Shown: positions 11,968 to 23,862, counted from the first letter of the stretch. The stretch: DNA of 64,000 nt from an uncultured Planctomycetota bacterium (GCA_963845755.1 CAWJTV010000020.1:160001-224000), one strand, 5' to 3'. Numbers and translations: made by a program. Notes: generated from the sequence alone by a model not told the origin.

Positions 11968-12263
11968 GCACTGGCTGCCCGAACGACCATCGCGTCGGCC
12001 AGGGCGTGGCACTCATCGCAAAGGAACGTCACATTGAGCGGCTCGCTGTAATCCCAGTGATGACGCTCCAACCGGCCATGCCGGCGACACCAGGCACAAA
12101 CTTTCGGTCGCGCGATCAGGCCGAGTTGCTCACCCAGTGCCGCGGCGTATCGCGCCGATCGCGTGCGAATCCGCCGCGGCTTCAGGCTGTCCAGGCTGAT
12201 CTCCAGATGACGTTTAAGGCGGGTCCACAAGGCACGATGACGGCCGCGTCTGCCCTTCCTCAT
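11964..12263 (-). CDS. Small basic protein with HNH-like zinc-binding motif
   Basis: CAWC..ERHHWDYSEPLNVTFLCDECH (CxxC...HH...CxxCH). Confidence 0.6.
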   Translation of the reverse strand: MRKGRRGRHRALWTRLKRHLEISLDSLKPRRIRTRSARYAAALGEQLGLIARPKVCAWCRRHGRLERHHWDYSEPLNVTFLCDECHALADAMVVRAASA

Positions 12264-12815
12264 GGTTGATCACCCGTGTGGAAATCTCGATAACCACCCC
12301 TGATCCGACATGGTTTAGGACGGTCGATTCCACTCCGTTCCCGAGGCCATTCGCGTCTGACGCCTCTCCTGGCGATCCACTCCATCTTAGTCGAGAGCGA
12401 ACGCTGTACCAAACAAATCAGCGCGGGAAAAATGGACCAACCGACTCACGTTGGCATGAGTCTGACAGTCGGATCGATTCTAGGGATCGAGATTCCACCG
12501 GAAACCGGCTGGCCCCTTGACAGGCGCAATGCGATCGCAACGATCCCGCTGTCCTTTTTCCCCATCCTTTTGCCGAAGGATCAGTCATTTCTCATGAATC
12601 TGGTCATTCGACACGTCGGGCCTGCGTGTGGTTCGCTCACTGGAAGCGGTCATGGACAGGCAAACGCCAGTCTGTGATACTCTCGCATAGAGATTCGTAT
12701 CCACCTCGTGACCGGCGATCCCGGGTGCGGATAGGATCGTAAGTTCTGGGAGAGGATCTTCATGATTGAGTGTGCTGATGGGATTTGGTCGCCGTCTTCA
12801 GGGGATGACCGCGGG

Positions 12816-14005
12816 ATGACCGCGAGGACGATCCCGGCCGCGACGATGAGCCGTCGGGCGTTGCTCCGGCTGGGGATCCTGGGGGTCGGAGGTTCGAGCC
12901 TGTCCCTCGCGCCGGAGAAGTCCGGTCTCGCGGCGCCGGCCGAACCAACGCCGGACGATCGCGCGCTCATCGTCCGCAGCCGGCGGCCGCTGAACCTGGA
13001 GAGCTCGATCGCGGCGCTCGATCATCGGTTGACTCCGAACGACCTGTTCTTCGTCCGCAGCCATTTCGGGGCACCGGCAGTGGATCTCCATCCCTGGCAG
13101 GTGGAGGTTGTGGGCCTGGTGGACCGCCCGCTCCGCCTGAGCCTGGCGGATGTGGCCCGACTGCCCGAGGGTTCCCGGACGGCAGTGCTCCAATGCGCCG
13201 GCAACGGGCGGGGCCTGTATCGGCCGCGCGTGCCGGGCACGCCGTGGGAGCGCGGCGCGGTCGGGCAGGCAGAATGGTCGGGGGTTCGCCTGGCCGAGTT
13301 GCTGGATCGTGCCGGACTCCAGCCCGGGGCGGCTCACCTGCACTTCGTCGGCGGGGATGCGCCCCGTCGCCCAAGACCCCGGCGTTCATACGGAGCATCC
13401 CGCTGGATCGGGCGTCGGACCCGGGCACAATCCTCGCCACCCGGATGAATGGTGAGCCCTTGCCGGTCGTGCACGGCGGTCCGGTGCGGCTGGTCGTGCC
13501 CGCCTGGGCGGGCAACAACTGGACGAAGTGGGTGCGGAGGATCGTCGTCGCTCGGGACGAGTCACCGGGCTTCTTCATGCAGACCGGCTACCGGATGACT
13601 CCACCTCCCGTCGCGACCGGCACGGCGACGCAATCTGCCAAACCCCAACCCGTCACCTGGATGACCGTGAAATCGCTCATCACCTGGCCGCGGGCCGATC
13701 AGGTCCTGAACGCCGGGCCCGTCGAGGTGCGCGGAATCGCCTGGACCGGGCGCGGACACGTCAGCAAGGTCGAGGTTTCTCTCGACGGCGGCGGTCGCTG
13801 GATCGAGGCGGCGCTGCGGGATGAGCCGGAGCAGGGGGGCTGGCGACAATGGAGGCTGACCTGGGATCCGCCGGGCCGCGGTCATCATCGCATGGCGGCA
13901 CGCGCAACCGACTCGATGGGCCAGGTTCAGCCGGAGACCCCGGCGTGGAACAAGAGCGGGTATCTGTGGAACGGCATCGAATCCGTCGATTGTGAGATCC
14001 GTTGA
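12816..14005 (+). CDS. Tat-exported sulfite oxidase family molybdoenzyme (SorA/SorT-like), frameshift near 13365
   Basis: SRRALL Tat motif; FFVRSH, LQCAGNGR (Mo-ligating Cys), MNGEPLP..HGGPVRL, KWV, dimerization domain RATD, WNKSGY. Confidence 0.85.
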
Positions 14006-14015
14006 GGATGGCTTG

Positions 14016-14740
14016 ATGAAGAGGCTCACACGTCAGACGATGGTCGCGGGACTCCTCGCGGGCGCGGTGTGGCTCGTGGTACTGGGACTTCAGTTCGCGC
14101 CGAGCGCAAAGGGACAGGAGCCGGCGAAGCCCGGAACCCCAGCCCGTACCATTCCGCCATCCACTCGCTCCCTGCCACCCGGAGAACCTGACGAGGATGA
14201 TGAGACGTCCTTCCGCGATGCCCTGGCCCACAAGAGCCTCCTGGAGAATTGTTTGATCTGTCATACAGAGGACGTGATTGCCGGCCAGCGTCTCACACCC
14301 GTCCAATGGAAGGCCGAGGTCGACAAGATGGTCGGGTGGGGTTCGCCCTTGCCCAAGGAGGACGCCACCCCGCTGATCGACTACCTGGCGCGCCACTATT
14401 CGGACCGATCGGCACCGCCGATTCTCACGCGTGCCGCGCTCAAGGGCGTGGGTTCGCTGGAGGTGCCCGCCTCCGATCAGGAGCCGGCTCCGGCCGGCGG
14501 CGAGCTCCCACATGGGCGCAGCTCTACACCACCAACTGCGCGACCTGTCACGGCCCAACGGCCCTGGGCGGCGACCTCGGCCCCAGCCTGGTTAACAAGG
14601 CGGTCCTGGACCACCCCAAGGAGTACGACCAGATTGTTCGCCAAGGGAGACACCGCATGCCCGGCTTCCAGGCCGTCTTGAAGGGGAACGATCAAGCGGA
14701 TGTCCTGGCGTGGCTTCGGGGCCGGACCTACCCCGAGTGA
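14016..14740 (+). CDS. Di-heme cytochrome c (SorB-like domain plus class I cytochrome c), frameshift near 14510
   Basis: Signal peptide; CLICH..W..EVDKM..WG; second heme site CATCH..MPGF in the adjacent frame. Confidence 0.8.
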
Positions 14741-14789
14741 CCGAGCCCGATGGACCTCGATCTGGTTGGCCTTCCAACAGGAATCCTGG

Positions 14790-16520
14790 TCAATCGAGAC
14801 GGTCGCCAGGAATACCCATCGATCCTCGAGGTTTCGCGATGCTCTTGCCGGCGATCGCGGCGCGATCAGTTGTGCGGGTGGCGGTCAACTCGATCGGTAC
14901 GAACTCGTAGACGATATAGAGTTCGGTGCGAGCTTTGGCCCGGGGCGCCGCCATGTCAACGACGATCCTCCGGCAGTCTCGCAGGCGATAGTGCCTCTCC
15001 ATGACATGAAGCCAGGCGGCGACTCGAGGATCGTCCGGGTCGAGAAGTGGCAAGACACAACGGAGCGGCCGGTGCAAGGAGACCGACTCCCATCGGCGTG
15101 AACGCCGCTGCCGGCGTGTTGGCGAGTTGATCATCTGGTTGCAGAGATAGACGGCGACGTTCAGGTTTGTCGAATCCCAATCGCCCAGGCCGAGGTCCCA
15201 ACGCAGACAGACCGGCTCGGCTTCCCGGACGAACGCGGGCCAGAAGCGGTGTGCAAACGCACGAGCCCGCTGCGCATGTACCGAACGGGACGGATGGAAC
15301 GCGTTGACGGCCAGCGGAGTAACGCCGATCGCAGCCAGTGCGATTAGACCCGCGCACAAGACCCGGACCCGGAGCCGGGGATCGGAGATCCGCCCCAGCA
15401 TTGCCGCGGCGCCGAGGCCCGCGAGGAGGCAGATACTTGGCACGAGGTATTGCATGACCCGGGCCGGGGAGCCGTCGGCCACGCCGCCGTAGGGATACCG
15501 CCTCAACGCCGCCGCGACGAGCGCCATGCCGAAAGGCGCCAGGCAAGGCAGCACGGTCGCGCGGGGACCCCTGCGCCATAGTACGGCCAAGCCCACGGCG
15601 AATAACAGAAGGGTCAGGCTGCTGGCTCCTCGTTCACCTCCACACGGATAGGCGAACATGCTCCCCGTGTGAACGGTCGCCAGCCATCGAACAAGGGCGA
15701 TCGGGTGATCCATCGGTGGGAATGCGGCACCCCACTGGTCCTGCATGCTCGTCAGGGTGGCCGCCGCCTGGGCGCTGGTGAAGGCGGCATAGAGGGCGAT
15801 GAACACCCCGGCCGAAGCCAGGGCGAATGTCGCGTAGGCGATCCGGACGTTTCGCCGCCCGGTCTTGACCACCGCCGCCGCCAGCCCCAACACGAGGCCC
15901 CCGGCGACGAAGATCGACGGGTGCGAAAGCGCGATCGCGATCGGCGCCAGCGCCGCGAGGGCCCACATCCACCCGGCCCGATCCGGGTTCCGCAACCACT
16001 CGAAGGCGACAGCCAGCAAACCGAGGGCCGCGAGGAGGTCCGACGCGTACGGCTTGACGTCAGCGGCGTGTCGGATCGGGTGGAAGGACACCGCGAAAAC
16101 GGCCACCGCCAACAGCAGGGGAATGCCATGCACGACCCGGCCGGCCGCGTGTCGGAAAAGGCCGACGCTCAGTAAGGCGCAGACGAATGGGAACAGCCGG
16201 AGCGACCATTCGGTGAAGCCCAGAAGCTTCACGACGGTCAACTCGGCCCAGAGAAAGAGCACCGGACAGACCTGCCCGTAGTCGAGCGGACGGAGCAGGT
16301 CGAGGTAGTCGCGACGGATGAGGTTGACCGCGACGAACGCCTCATCCCACCAGAGCGGAAAGTCCATGGCGTAACGCGCGAGCCTGAGCAACAAGCCCAG
16401 GCCCACGAACGCCCAGGTGGCTCGCTCCACAAAGCGGGCGTTTGGATTCCGCGCGAGTGCCGTTGACGCCGGGAGGGCCGACGAGCGATGATCTTGGATC
16501 GAGCATGACGAGCGGGTCAT
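14790..16520 (-). CDS. Polytopic membrane protein, GT-C fold (family 39-like) glycosyltransferase
   Basis: LWWDE motif after first TM, PLDYGQV.P, EWSLRL, DVKPYA; many TM helices; start position uncertain. Confidence 0.7.
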   Translation of the reverse strand: MTRSSCSIQDHRSSALPASTALARNPNARFVERATWAFVGLGLLLRLARYAMDFPLWWDEAFVAVNLIRRDYLDLLRPLDYGQVCPVLFLWAELTVVKLLGFTEWSLRLFPFVCALLSVGLFRHAAGRVVHGIPLLLAVAVFAVSFHPIRHAADVKPYASDLLAALGLLAVAFEWLRNPDRAGWMWALAALAPIAIALSHPSIFVAGGLVLGLAAAVVKTGRRNVRIAYATFALASAGVFIALYAAFTSAQAAATLTSMQDQWGAAFPPMDHPIALVRWLATVHTGSMFAYPCGGERGASSLTLLLFAVGLAVLWRRGPRATVLPCLAPFGMALVAAALRRYPYGGVADGSPARVMQYLVPSICLLAGLGAAAMLGRISDPRLRVRVLCAGLIALAAIGVTPLAVNAFHPSRSVHAQRARAFAHRFWPAFVREAEPVCLRWDLGLGDWDSTNLNVAVYLCNQMINSPTRRQRRSRRWESVSLHRPLRCVLPLLDPDDPRVAAWLHVMERHYRLRDCRRIVVDMAAPRAKARTELYIVYEFVPIELTATRTTDRAAIAGKSIAKPRGSMGIPGDRLD

Positions 16521-16680
16521 TCGAATCACGGGCTCCGAATGCCGCGTGGCGATCGTGATGCGAGGACATCCACCATTCAGACCGACGCTCTCTGTCGCGA
16601 CACGGGACGGGATGTTAGCCTGGCCTGGGACATCGGGCAAGTTCAAGATCAACCCGAGCACCGCGGGAGGACCGCAGCGG

Positions 16681-19659
16681 ATGAGGAGCTCCTACCCAGT
16701 AGAGATCCGACGATGGATCGGATTGGCGTTGATGGCAACCGGCGCGATCGGGATCGGCGGCGCATGAAGGCCGGGCCGGTGATCGGCCGACGCGCGTACC
16801 CTGGACCGGTTCCCGTATGACCGGCACGCCCGAACCCCCACCGCCGTTCACCGTCGAGCCGGCCTTCCCGCGCCTGAAACTCGAGTTCCCCGTCGTGCTG
16901 GTCCCAGCCAGGGGAACGAACCGACTCTTCGTCGGCGAGCTCCGCGGGCGGATCGGTTCCTTCCCGATCGACACCGGCGCGACCAAGCTCGATCTTGCGC
17001 TCGACATCGCCAAGCTGCACTCCGACCTTACGGCGCTCTACGGAATCGCCTTTCATCCAAACTTTGACAATAATCGTTATGTTTATGTTTGTTATGTCCT
17101 CAAGAACGACCTGGAGGATGGCTCGGTCGTCGCGCGGTTCGAGGCGAGCCGGAGCGATCCCCCTGTGATCGATCCGAAGAGCGAGAAAGTCCTGCTGAAG
17201 TTCTGGTCGGGGGGCCATAACGGCGGCTGCCTCGATTTCGGCACGGACGGGTATCTGTATCTCTCGACGGGCGATGGGACGGCTCCCTCGCCTCCCGACA
17301 TCAAGATGACGGGGCAGGATTGCTCGGACCTGCTCTCGAGCATCATTCGCATCGACGTCGATCACACGGATCCCGGCAAACCATATCGGATTCCGCCCGA
17401 CAATCCGTTCGTGAACGTGACGGGCGTCCGGCCTGAGATCTGGGCCTTCGGCCTCCGGAACCCCTGGCGGATGAGCATCGACCGAGCCACGGGCGACCTG
17501 TGGGTCGGCGACGTCGGTTGGGAACTCTGGGAGATGGTCTACAAGGTCAAGCGCGGGGGCAACTATGGCTGGAGCGTGATGGAAGGGCCCCAGCCGGTAA
17601 ACGTGGAGGGCCGGCGGGGACCGGGGCCCATCCTGCCGCCGGTGATCGCTCATCCCCACTCGGAGGCCGCCTCGATCACGGGCGGTTATGTCTATCACGG
17701 AACGCGCTTGCCTGAGCTGGCGGGAGTCTACATTTACGGTGACTACCAGACGGGGACCATCTGGGGACTTCGCTACTCGGGCGACACGGTCACCTGGAAG
17801 CAAGAGCTCGCCCGGACCCCGATCCACCTGTCCGCGTTCGGGGAGTCTCGCGAGAAAGAGCTCTTCCTGGTCGACCACGACCGAACGCATCAGATCTACC
17901 GCCTCGTTCACAACCCGGCGGCGAAAGCGAAGCATGACTTTCCGCGCCTGCTCAGTCAGACGGGCCTGTTTGCCTCGACGCGAGACGACCGGCCCGCGCC
18001 GGGGGTGATCCCGTACTCGGTTAACTCCGAACTCTGGGCTGACGGTGCGACGGCCGAGCGGTTCCTGGCCGTTCCGGGCGACGGACGCGTCGGCCTCGAC
18101 CCTCAGGGCAACTGGCGCTTTCCGGAAGGCTCGGTGCTGGTCCGGACTGCCTCCGTCGGGAGCGCGGCAGGGAGAACGACCGACGGCCGGCGGGTGGAAA
18201 CCCAGGTCCTCCACCTCCTGGATGGCGCATGGCGGCCGTATTCGTACGTCTGGGATGATGACCAGGCCGACGCTCGGCTGGCTGATGCCGCAGGCACGAC
18301 CCGGACGATCGCGATGAGCAGCCCGGGCGCGCCGGCGAGCGGACCTATCGGATTCACGCCCGCACTGAGTGCATTCTCTGCCATAATCCCTGGGTCGAGA
18401 AGAAGACAACGATCTTTGGATTTCAGTCGGCCTCGCCGCTGGGGGTCAATACGCCACAGTTGAACAAGACGTTGAAGTCGAGCGAGGGATCCATCAACCA
18501 ATTGACCGCCTTGTACGACGCAGGGCTGCTGGACTGGACGCCCGAGCCCGCGCGGCTGCCGAGATTGGCCAATCCTCACGATGAGTCGGCCAATCTCGGC
18601 GATCGGGCGCGGTCATACCTCCAGACGAATTGCTCGCATTGCCACCAGTTCAACGCGGGAGGCACGGCGAACATCGCGCTGGGTTTCGAGGTGCCTCTGG
18701 GCGAGACCAAGACGGTTGACGTCCGGCCCATCCAGGGGACATTCCAGATCGCCGGCGCGCGGATCATCGCCCCGGGGGATCCCTCGCGCTCGGTGCTGTA
18801 CTATCGCGTCTCCAAGATGGGCGGGGGCCGGATGCCCCGGGCCGGCTCGAGCCAGGTCGACGTGCGCGCCGTGCGGATGATCCACGACTGGATCGCCGGG
18901 ATGACTGTGTCGAAGGTGGATTCGGCTGGTACGGTTGCGGTGCTGCCGGTAGAGGATCGCATGGCGCTCGAGCTCCTTCGCAGTGGCGATCGCACGACGA
19001 CCGAGGCGCGATCGGCGGCGATCCGCCGGCTAACGTCCTCGACTCGGGGAGCGCTGTTGCTGCTCGGTTGGCTCGACCGTGGCGGGGCTTCCGAGTCGGT
19101 TCGGCGTGAGGTCGCGGCGGTCGCGCGGGCGAATCCGGCCGTCGAGGTCCGCGACCTGTTCGAGCGGTTCATTCCCGAAGGCGAGCGGGTCAGGCGGCTT
19201 GGAGACGTGGTCGACCGGTCTGCGATCCTGGCACTCCGCGGAGATGCGGCGCGCGGGCGGGCGGTCTTCACGACGAATGTTGCGGCCCAGTGCAAGAGCT
19301 GTCACAAGGTCGGCGACATCGGCGAGTCGGTCGGGCCCGACCTCACCAAGATCGGATCCAAGTACGACCGCGCCGGTTTGCTCGACCAGATCCTCGAGCC
19401 CTCCAAGACCATCGATCCTCAGTATGTCTCCTACCTGCTGGAAACCAAGGACGGACGGGTCCTGACCGGGCTACTCGTCCAGAAATCATCAAGTGAGGTG
19501 GTCCTCAAGGACGCCCAGGGTAAGACGGTACGCGTGCCCAGCGGCCAGGTCGAGCAGCTCGTGTCACAGTCGCGGTCGCTCATGCCCGAGCTGTTGCTCC
19601 GCGACATGACGGCCCAGCAAGTGGCGGATTTGCTAGAGTATCTAACGACACTAAGATAG
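16681..19659 (+). CDS. PQQ-dependent sugar dehydrogenase (GSDH) beta-propeller fused to cytochrome c / heme-binding domains; frameshifts near 16765 and 18340
   Basis: HNGG..FGTDGYLY.STGDG, GLRNPWR, GDVG, GGNYGW, SITGG; heme motifs CILCH, CSHCH, CKSCH; C-terminal GPDLT..SLMPE. Confidence 0.85.
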
Positions 19660-19732
19660 AGATTAGGCGATCTTGCTAAAAGGCTGAACGCCCACGAGAG
19701 GCGTCTCGAGGCCGTTGGAGGAGGATGAGTCA

Positions 19733-20056
19733 ATGAGTCCCGATCCCGCCGTCCTGGACGATCTGGTGCGTCGTGTGGTGGACAGCGTGCATCCGCTACG
19801 GATCATCTTGTTCGGCTCGGCCGCGAGAGATGAAATGGGACCGAGCAGCGATCTGGATGCGCTCGTCATCGTGGAAGGCCAGACCGATTGTCGCGCGGTT
19901 TCCAAGATCCTCGCGCGGCGGCTCCGCGGCTTGGGCTGCGCCACGGATGTGCTCGTCGTGCGGCAATGCGACGTGGAGCAGCATGGGGATAACCCCTATC
20001 TCGTCCTCCACACGGCGATCTCGGAAGGAAAGGAACTCTATCGTGCCACCTCCTAG
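19733..20056 (+). CDS. Minimal nucleotidyltransferase (MNT) antitoxin
   Basis: ILFGSAAR..SDLD motif; about 107 aa; overlaps the downstream HEPN gene. Confidence 0.85.
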   Translation: MSPDPAVLDDLVRRVVDSVHPLRIILFGSAARDEMGPSSDLDALVIVEGQTDCRAVSKILARRLRGLGCATDVLVVRQCDVEQHGDNPYLVLHTAISEGKELYRATS

Positions 20057-20437
20057 CCCGGCACCAGGGACGGCCCGCGAGTGGTTACGACGTGCCAGGG
20101 GCAAGGTAGCACTGGCTCGTCAGCCCTTACCGCCGGAAGGTTTTTACGAAGACTTATGCTTCTTGACGCAACAGGCCGCCGAACTTGCAATCAAAGCAGT
20201 CGATCAAGTTCACGGTTGGCTGTTCCCCTTCGTGCACAATCTTGGCACGTTACTCGACGGTCTGGAGAGTCAGGGCTTGAGAATCCCCAGGAAGTGCAGG
20301 ACGCCGACCAACTGAGCGTCGATGCAGTACAAGCACGATACCCGGGCCTCCCGTATCCCACCTCGAGGGCTGAGTTCGAAGAATCGTTGCGTATCGCGGA
20401 GACGGTCTTGGCGCGGGCCGAGGCGTTCGTTCCCTGA
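20043..20437 (+). CDS. HEPN domain protein (MNT-HEPN module), frameshift near 20290
   Basis: EWLRRA..CFLTQQAAELAIKA..HNL..L, then ARYPG in the next frame. Confidence 0.8.
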
Positions 20438-20453
20438 CTGCCAGGATCTGCCC

Positions 20454-21747
20454 TCAAGAATCCGCCTCGCGCGGTTCGATGGCCGGGAGTCGTTGCAACG
20501 TCGTGAATCTCGTGACGAGTTGACCGACAGGATACAACGCGCAGCCGATTGCGACGGCGGCGACGGCGTTGGTAGTCAGGACGGCGACGGCCGTCACCAG
20601 GAAGGCCGAGGCGTTGAACCCGGCGCATCCGGTGCAAGCGGCGCCAGGTGCTCCACTCCAGGAGTCCGAGGCCGACGTAGGCGGTCACTCCGGCGAGTGC
20701 GGCCAGTGGGATATGGGCGATGAGTCCGGCGCCGAACCATAGCAACCCGAGCAGGAAAATGCCGTGTAGCAAGTTGGAGAGACGCGTGGTTCCCCCGCAA
20801 CGGACGTTCGCCAGGCTGCGGGCGGGGATGCCGACGCTCATCGGCACTCCGAAGACGCCGGCGCAGAGGTTGGCGATGCCGTAAGCGCCCAGCTCACCGT
20901 CCGCATCGATGGGGCGTAGTGGGCGGTGACGGCCCTGGAAGTGTTCGACCACCTTGGAAGTGATCAGGATGTTGACCGAGGCGACGAACGCCAGGCCCAG
21001 CGCCGAGGGCAAGACCTCCACCACGTCAGTCGGCTCCCAGGTGAAGCCGACGAATGACGGCCATTCCCGCGACATCGATCCGAGCGGGCGTTCGTGCCAG
21101 CCGAACAGGGCGGCCGCGGCGACAGCGAGAACGACTCCGATCAGCGGCGCGGGCGATCGCGGCCATCGCCTCACGGCCGCCGCGGACGCGGCTACCACGA
21201 TCGTGCCCAGGAAGAGTGGCTCCCACCTCGCCCCGCCCAGGTTCGTCATGACCGCGATAAGCTGCCCGATCGGCGTGTCCGGGCCGGCGCCCCGACCGGC
21301 CGGCAGTCCCAGCAGCGTTCGGAGCTGGAGGATGACCATCATCGCGCCGACGCCGCACGAGAAGCCTGAGATGACCGCGTGCGGCACCCGAGACACGTAC
21401 CGGCCGAGGCGGAGCACGCAGAAGATCATCATGAAGACCGACGCGACCAGGCAAACCTTTGCCGAGCCGCTGATCCCCTGTGCGTGTACGGCCGTGGTGA
21501 AGAACGGCACGGTGGCACTGGCCGTCCCGCCGATTAGGACGGGATTGCGACCCAACAGCGCTGTGACCGGCGCCGTCAGGATCGAGGTGAACAGGCCCAA
21601 CTCGGGCGGCAAGCCCATCAAGCGTGCCAGCGCCAGCCCGTAGGGCAGTGCGACCAGAGCGGCGATGGCGCCGCCCGCCGCGTCGCCGACGAGGTGGCGC
21701 CAGCCGTAGGTGACACGTCCGGCTCGTCGAACCGACTGTTCAGACAT
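20454..21747 (-). CDS. SulP family anion transporter without a STAS domain (frameshift near 20615)
   Basis: ALVALPYGLALA..GL, VISGF..GVG, ELGAYGIANL, RSLAN..GG.TRLS; the corrected frame ends at TGA 20454. Confidence 0.8.
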
Positions 21748-22892
21748 TCATGACACGCCCGAACGCCGTGCGGAACTTGGCCATCTCCTCCCTAGTCCCG
21801 ATCGTGACCCGCACGTGGTTCGGCAGAGCCGGCCAGGACCGACCGATCGCCACCTTCTCCCGGAGCAGAGCCTGGAAGACCTCCCGGCCCGGCCGGTGGA
21901 CGTCGATCATGATCATGTTCGCTTCGGAAGGGATGACGTCGTATCCCTTCTTCTGGAGCCACTCGACCGTCTCCTCGCGGGTGTCGGCAATGATCTTCCG
22001 CCGCGTTTCTACGAGGCCCTTGGCCTTCAGGCTCGCGATGGCGCCGACCATGCCGGTGACCGGCAACGCGCCCGCGCCGTAGTTCCGGATCTTCCTGAGC
22101 AGGTCAGGGCGCCCAGCGCCGCACCGCGCGGAGTCCGGCCATCCCGTAGAGTTTCGAGAACGTGCGCAGGATGATGACGTCCTTGTCGGCGGCCACCATC
22201 GGTGAACTCGCCTCGGCGGTCTTCGACAGGTGGAGGTAGGCCTCATCCAGGAGGACGATCGCCCCCTTGGGTTTGTTGGCGACGAGGTACTCGATCTCGT
22301 CCTTGGTCGTGATCGAGCCGGTCGGGTTGTTCGGGTTACAGACGTAGATCACGCCGGCGTTGGGATCGGCCGCGGCCATCGCGCGGACGTCGTGGGACCA
22401 GTCCTTCCGGAGCGGGACCTTGATGGTCCTGGCGCCAACGAAGGCCGCCGCCCGCTCGCCCGCCTCGTAGCCCGGGTCGGCGACCACGAAGCTCTTCTCC
22501 GGGCCGGTGAAGGCCAGGACGACGCGATGGAGCGGGTCGCTCGAGCCGGCGAACGGCATGACGTGCTCGGGGGAGAGGCCCTCGGTCTCGGCCATGATGT
22601 TGGTGAACGCGAACGTCTCCTCGTAGCGGTAGCGGCCCCCTTGGGCGACGACCTGGTGGATCGCCTCGGCCGCCTCGGGACATGGCCCCATCGGGTTCTC
22701 GTTGGCGTTGATCTTCACCGCGTCGGCAGGCAGCCGCGGCCCCGCAGAGAGCCCTTGGGCCAGAGTCGCCTCGTTATAGAAGGGCAGAGCCGCTCCTGCG
22801 GTCAGGAAGGCCGCGAGCCGGCCGAAATCGCGGCGCGTGAACCCGCGAGCGAGTAGGTCGCGATGTTGCTCCGGGCTAAACAGGTCCGTCAT
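21740..22892 (-). CDS. Tat-signal PLP aminotransferase, HisC-like class I/II (frameshift near 22120)
   Basis: TRRDFG Tat motif; NANENP, CNPNNPTG, DEAY, RTFSKLYGMAGLR, RVTIGT. Confidence 0.85.
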
Positions 22893-23171
22893 GCTTCCTC
22901 CAGCATCAGGGCGTGATGACAGAATGGCGAGGCGAAGAATCCGCCGTAAGACTGCGCGTCAAAGTCCCAGACAACCGCTGTGTCGTGTGATTCCCGCAAG
23001 GCGGCTCGGCCGAGGGAGAGGAGGAGTTCGGCCAGACCTGACACGGGCCGGCCAGGCCGCTCAGCCGTGAAACAGAGGGAGATTATACTCGATGCGGTGG
23101 ATGTCGTAAACTGGTTCGTTTCGCGAGTTGAAGGTCATGATGTCATTGACAGGAGCGGCACCCAGGACGCT

Positions 23172-23525
23172 CTACGGCTTGCCAAAGACCTCGGCCACCG
23201 CTTTCGCGATAGCATCAAGTTGGTTGACGTTCACAACACCTAACCATCGAACGAAGCGCACCTCGGCCACCGACTTAACTTGGAAAGCGTCAGCTCCCGA
23301 GTCCTTTCTCAGGCCATTGCCTGGACCCGCGGGAATGTGCACGTGCCAAAATCTTCCCGCGTATCGGGGCTTCCAGTCCGTGAGCGGAACGACGACACGT
23401 AGCGCGAGATGTCGGAGTATATCTCGGCTTATGACGACAGCCGGGCGAATCTTCCGGATCTCCGCGCCAACAGACGGGTCGAAATCCACCAGCCAGATCT
23501 CACCGCGGCGGGGCGTCCGTGTCAT
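23172..23525 (-). CDS. PemK/MazF family toxin
   Basis: RRGEIWLVDFDPSVGAEIRKIRPAVVIS, VVPLT, NGLRKDS.AD.FQVKSV. Confidence 0.9.
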   Translation of the reverse strand: MTRTPRRGEIWLVDFDPSVGAEIRKIRPAVVISRDILRHLALRVVVPLTDWKPRYAGRFWHVHIPAGPGNGLRKDSGADAFQVKSVAEVRFVRWLGVVNVNQLDAIAKAVAEVFGKP

Positions 23526-23805
23526 CGAAGTAATCGCTGTAATTGTCATCGAGCCCAACTGGATAGTCGTTCACGGCGAGCAAGACTTGTGCTTCCATGA
23601 TCGCCTCCCGCTCGGCAGGCGGTAAGGCACGCAACTGATCGAGTGTCCAATGCGCCGGATCCGTACCTTCGGGGAGTTGGGCTTCTGGGAGCTCGGCTTC
23701 TCGCCGCTCCAGGTTGTGGAGGATTTCCAAGATGAGCCCCCAGTCCTCCTTCGGAACTTTGTGCAAGGCCTCGAGGATCGATTCTTCGGTGATTTCGGTT
23801 GACAT
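23500..23805 (-). CDS. Putative antitoxin (acidic 101-aa protein overlapping the toxin start)
   Basis: Directly upstream of and overlapping mazF; acidic C-terminus; RBS-like GAGGAG. Confidence 0.6.
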   Translation of the reverse strand: MSTEITEESILEALHKVPKEDWGLILEILHNLERREAELPEAQLPEGTDPAHWTLDQLRALPPAEREAIMEAQVLLAVNDYPVGLDDNYSDYFDDTDAPPR

Positions 23806-23862
23806 GACGTGTCTCCTCTGTCGGCATTCCCTGTCTTTCGATCGGGATTAGATCGCAGCTCT

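Noticed and set aside
12264..12815. Moco riboswitch upstream of the molybdoenzyme
   Set aside because: Hairpins are present but I could not recognise the Moco motif consensus; an Rfam search would be needed.
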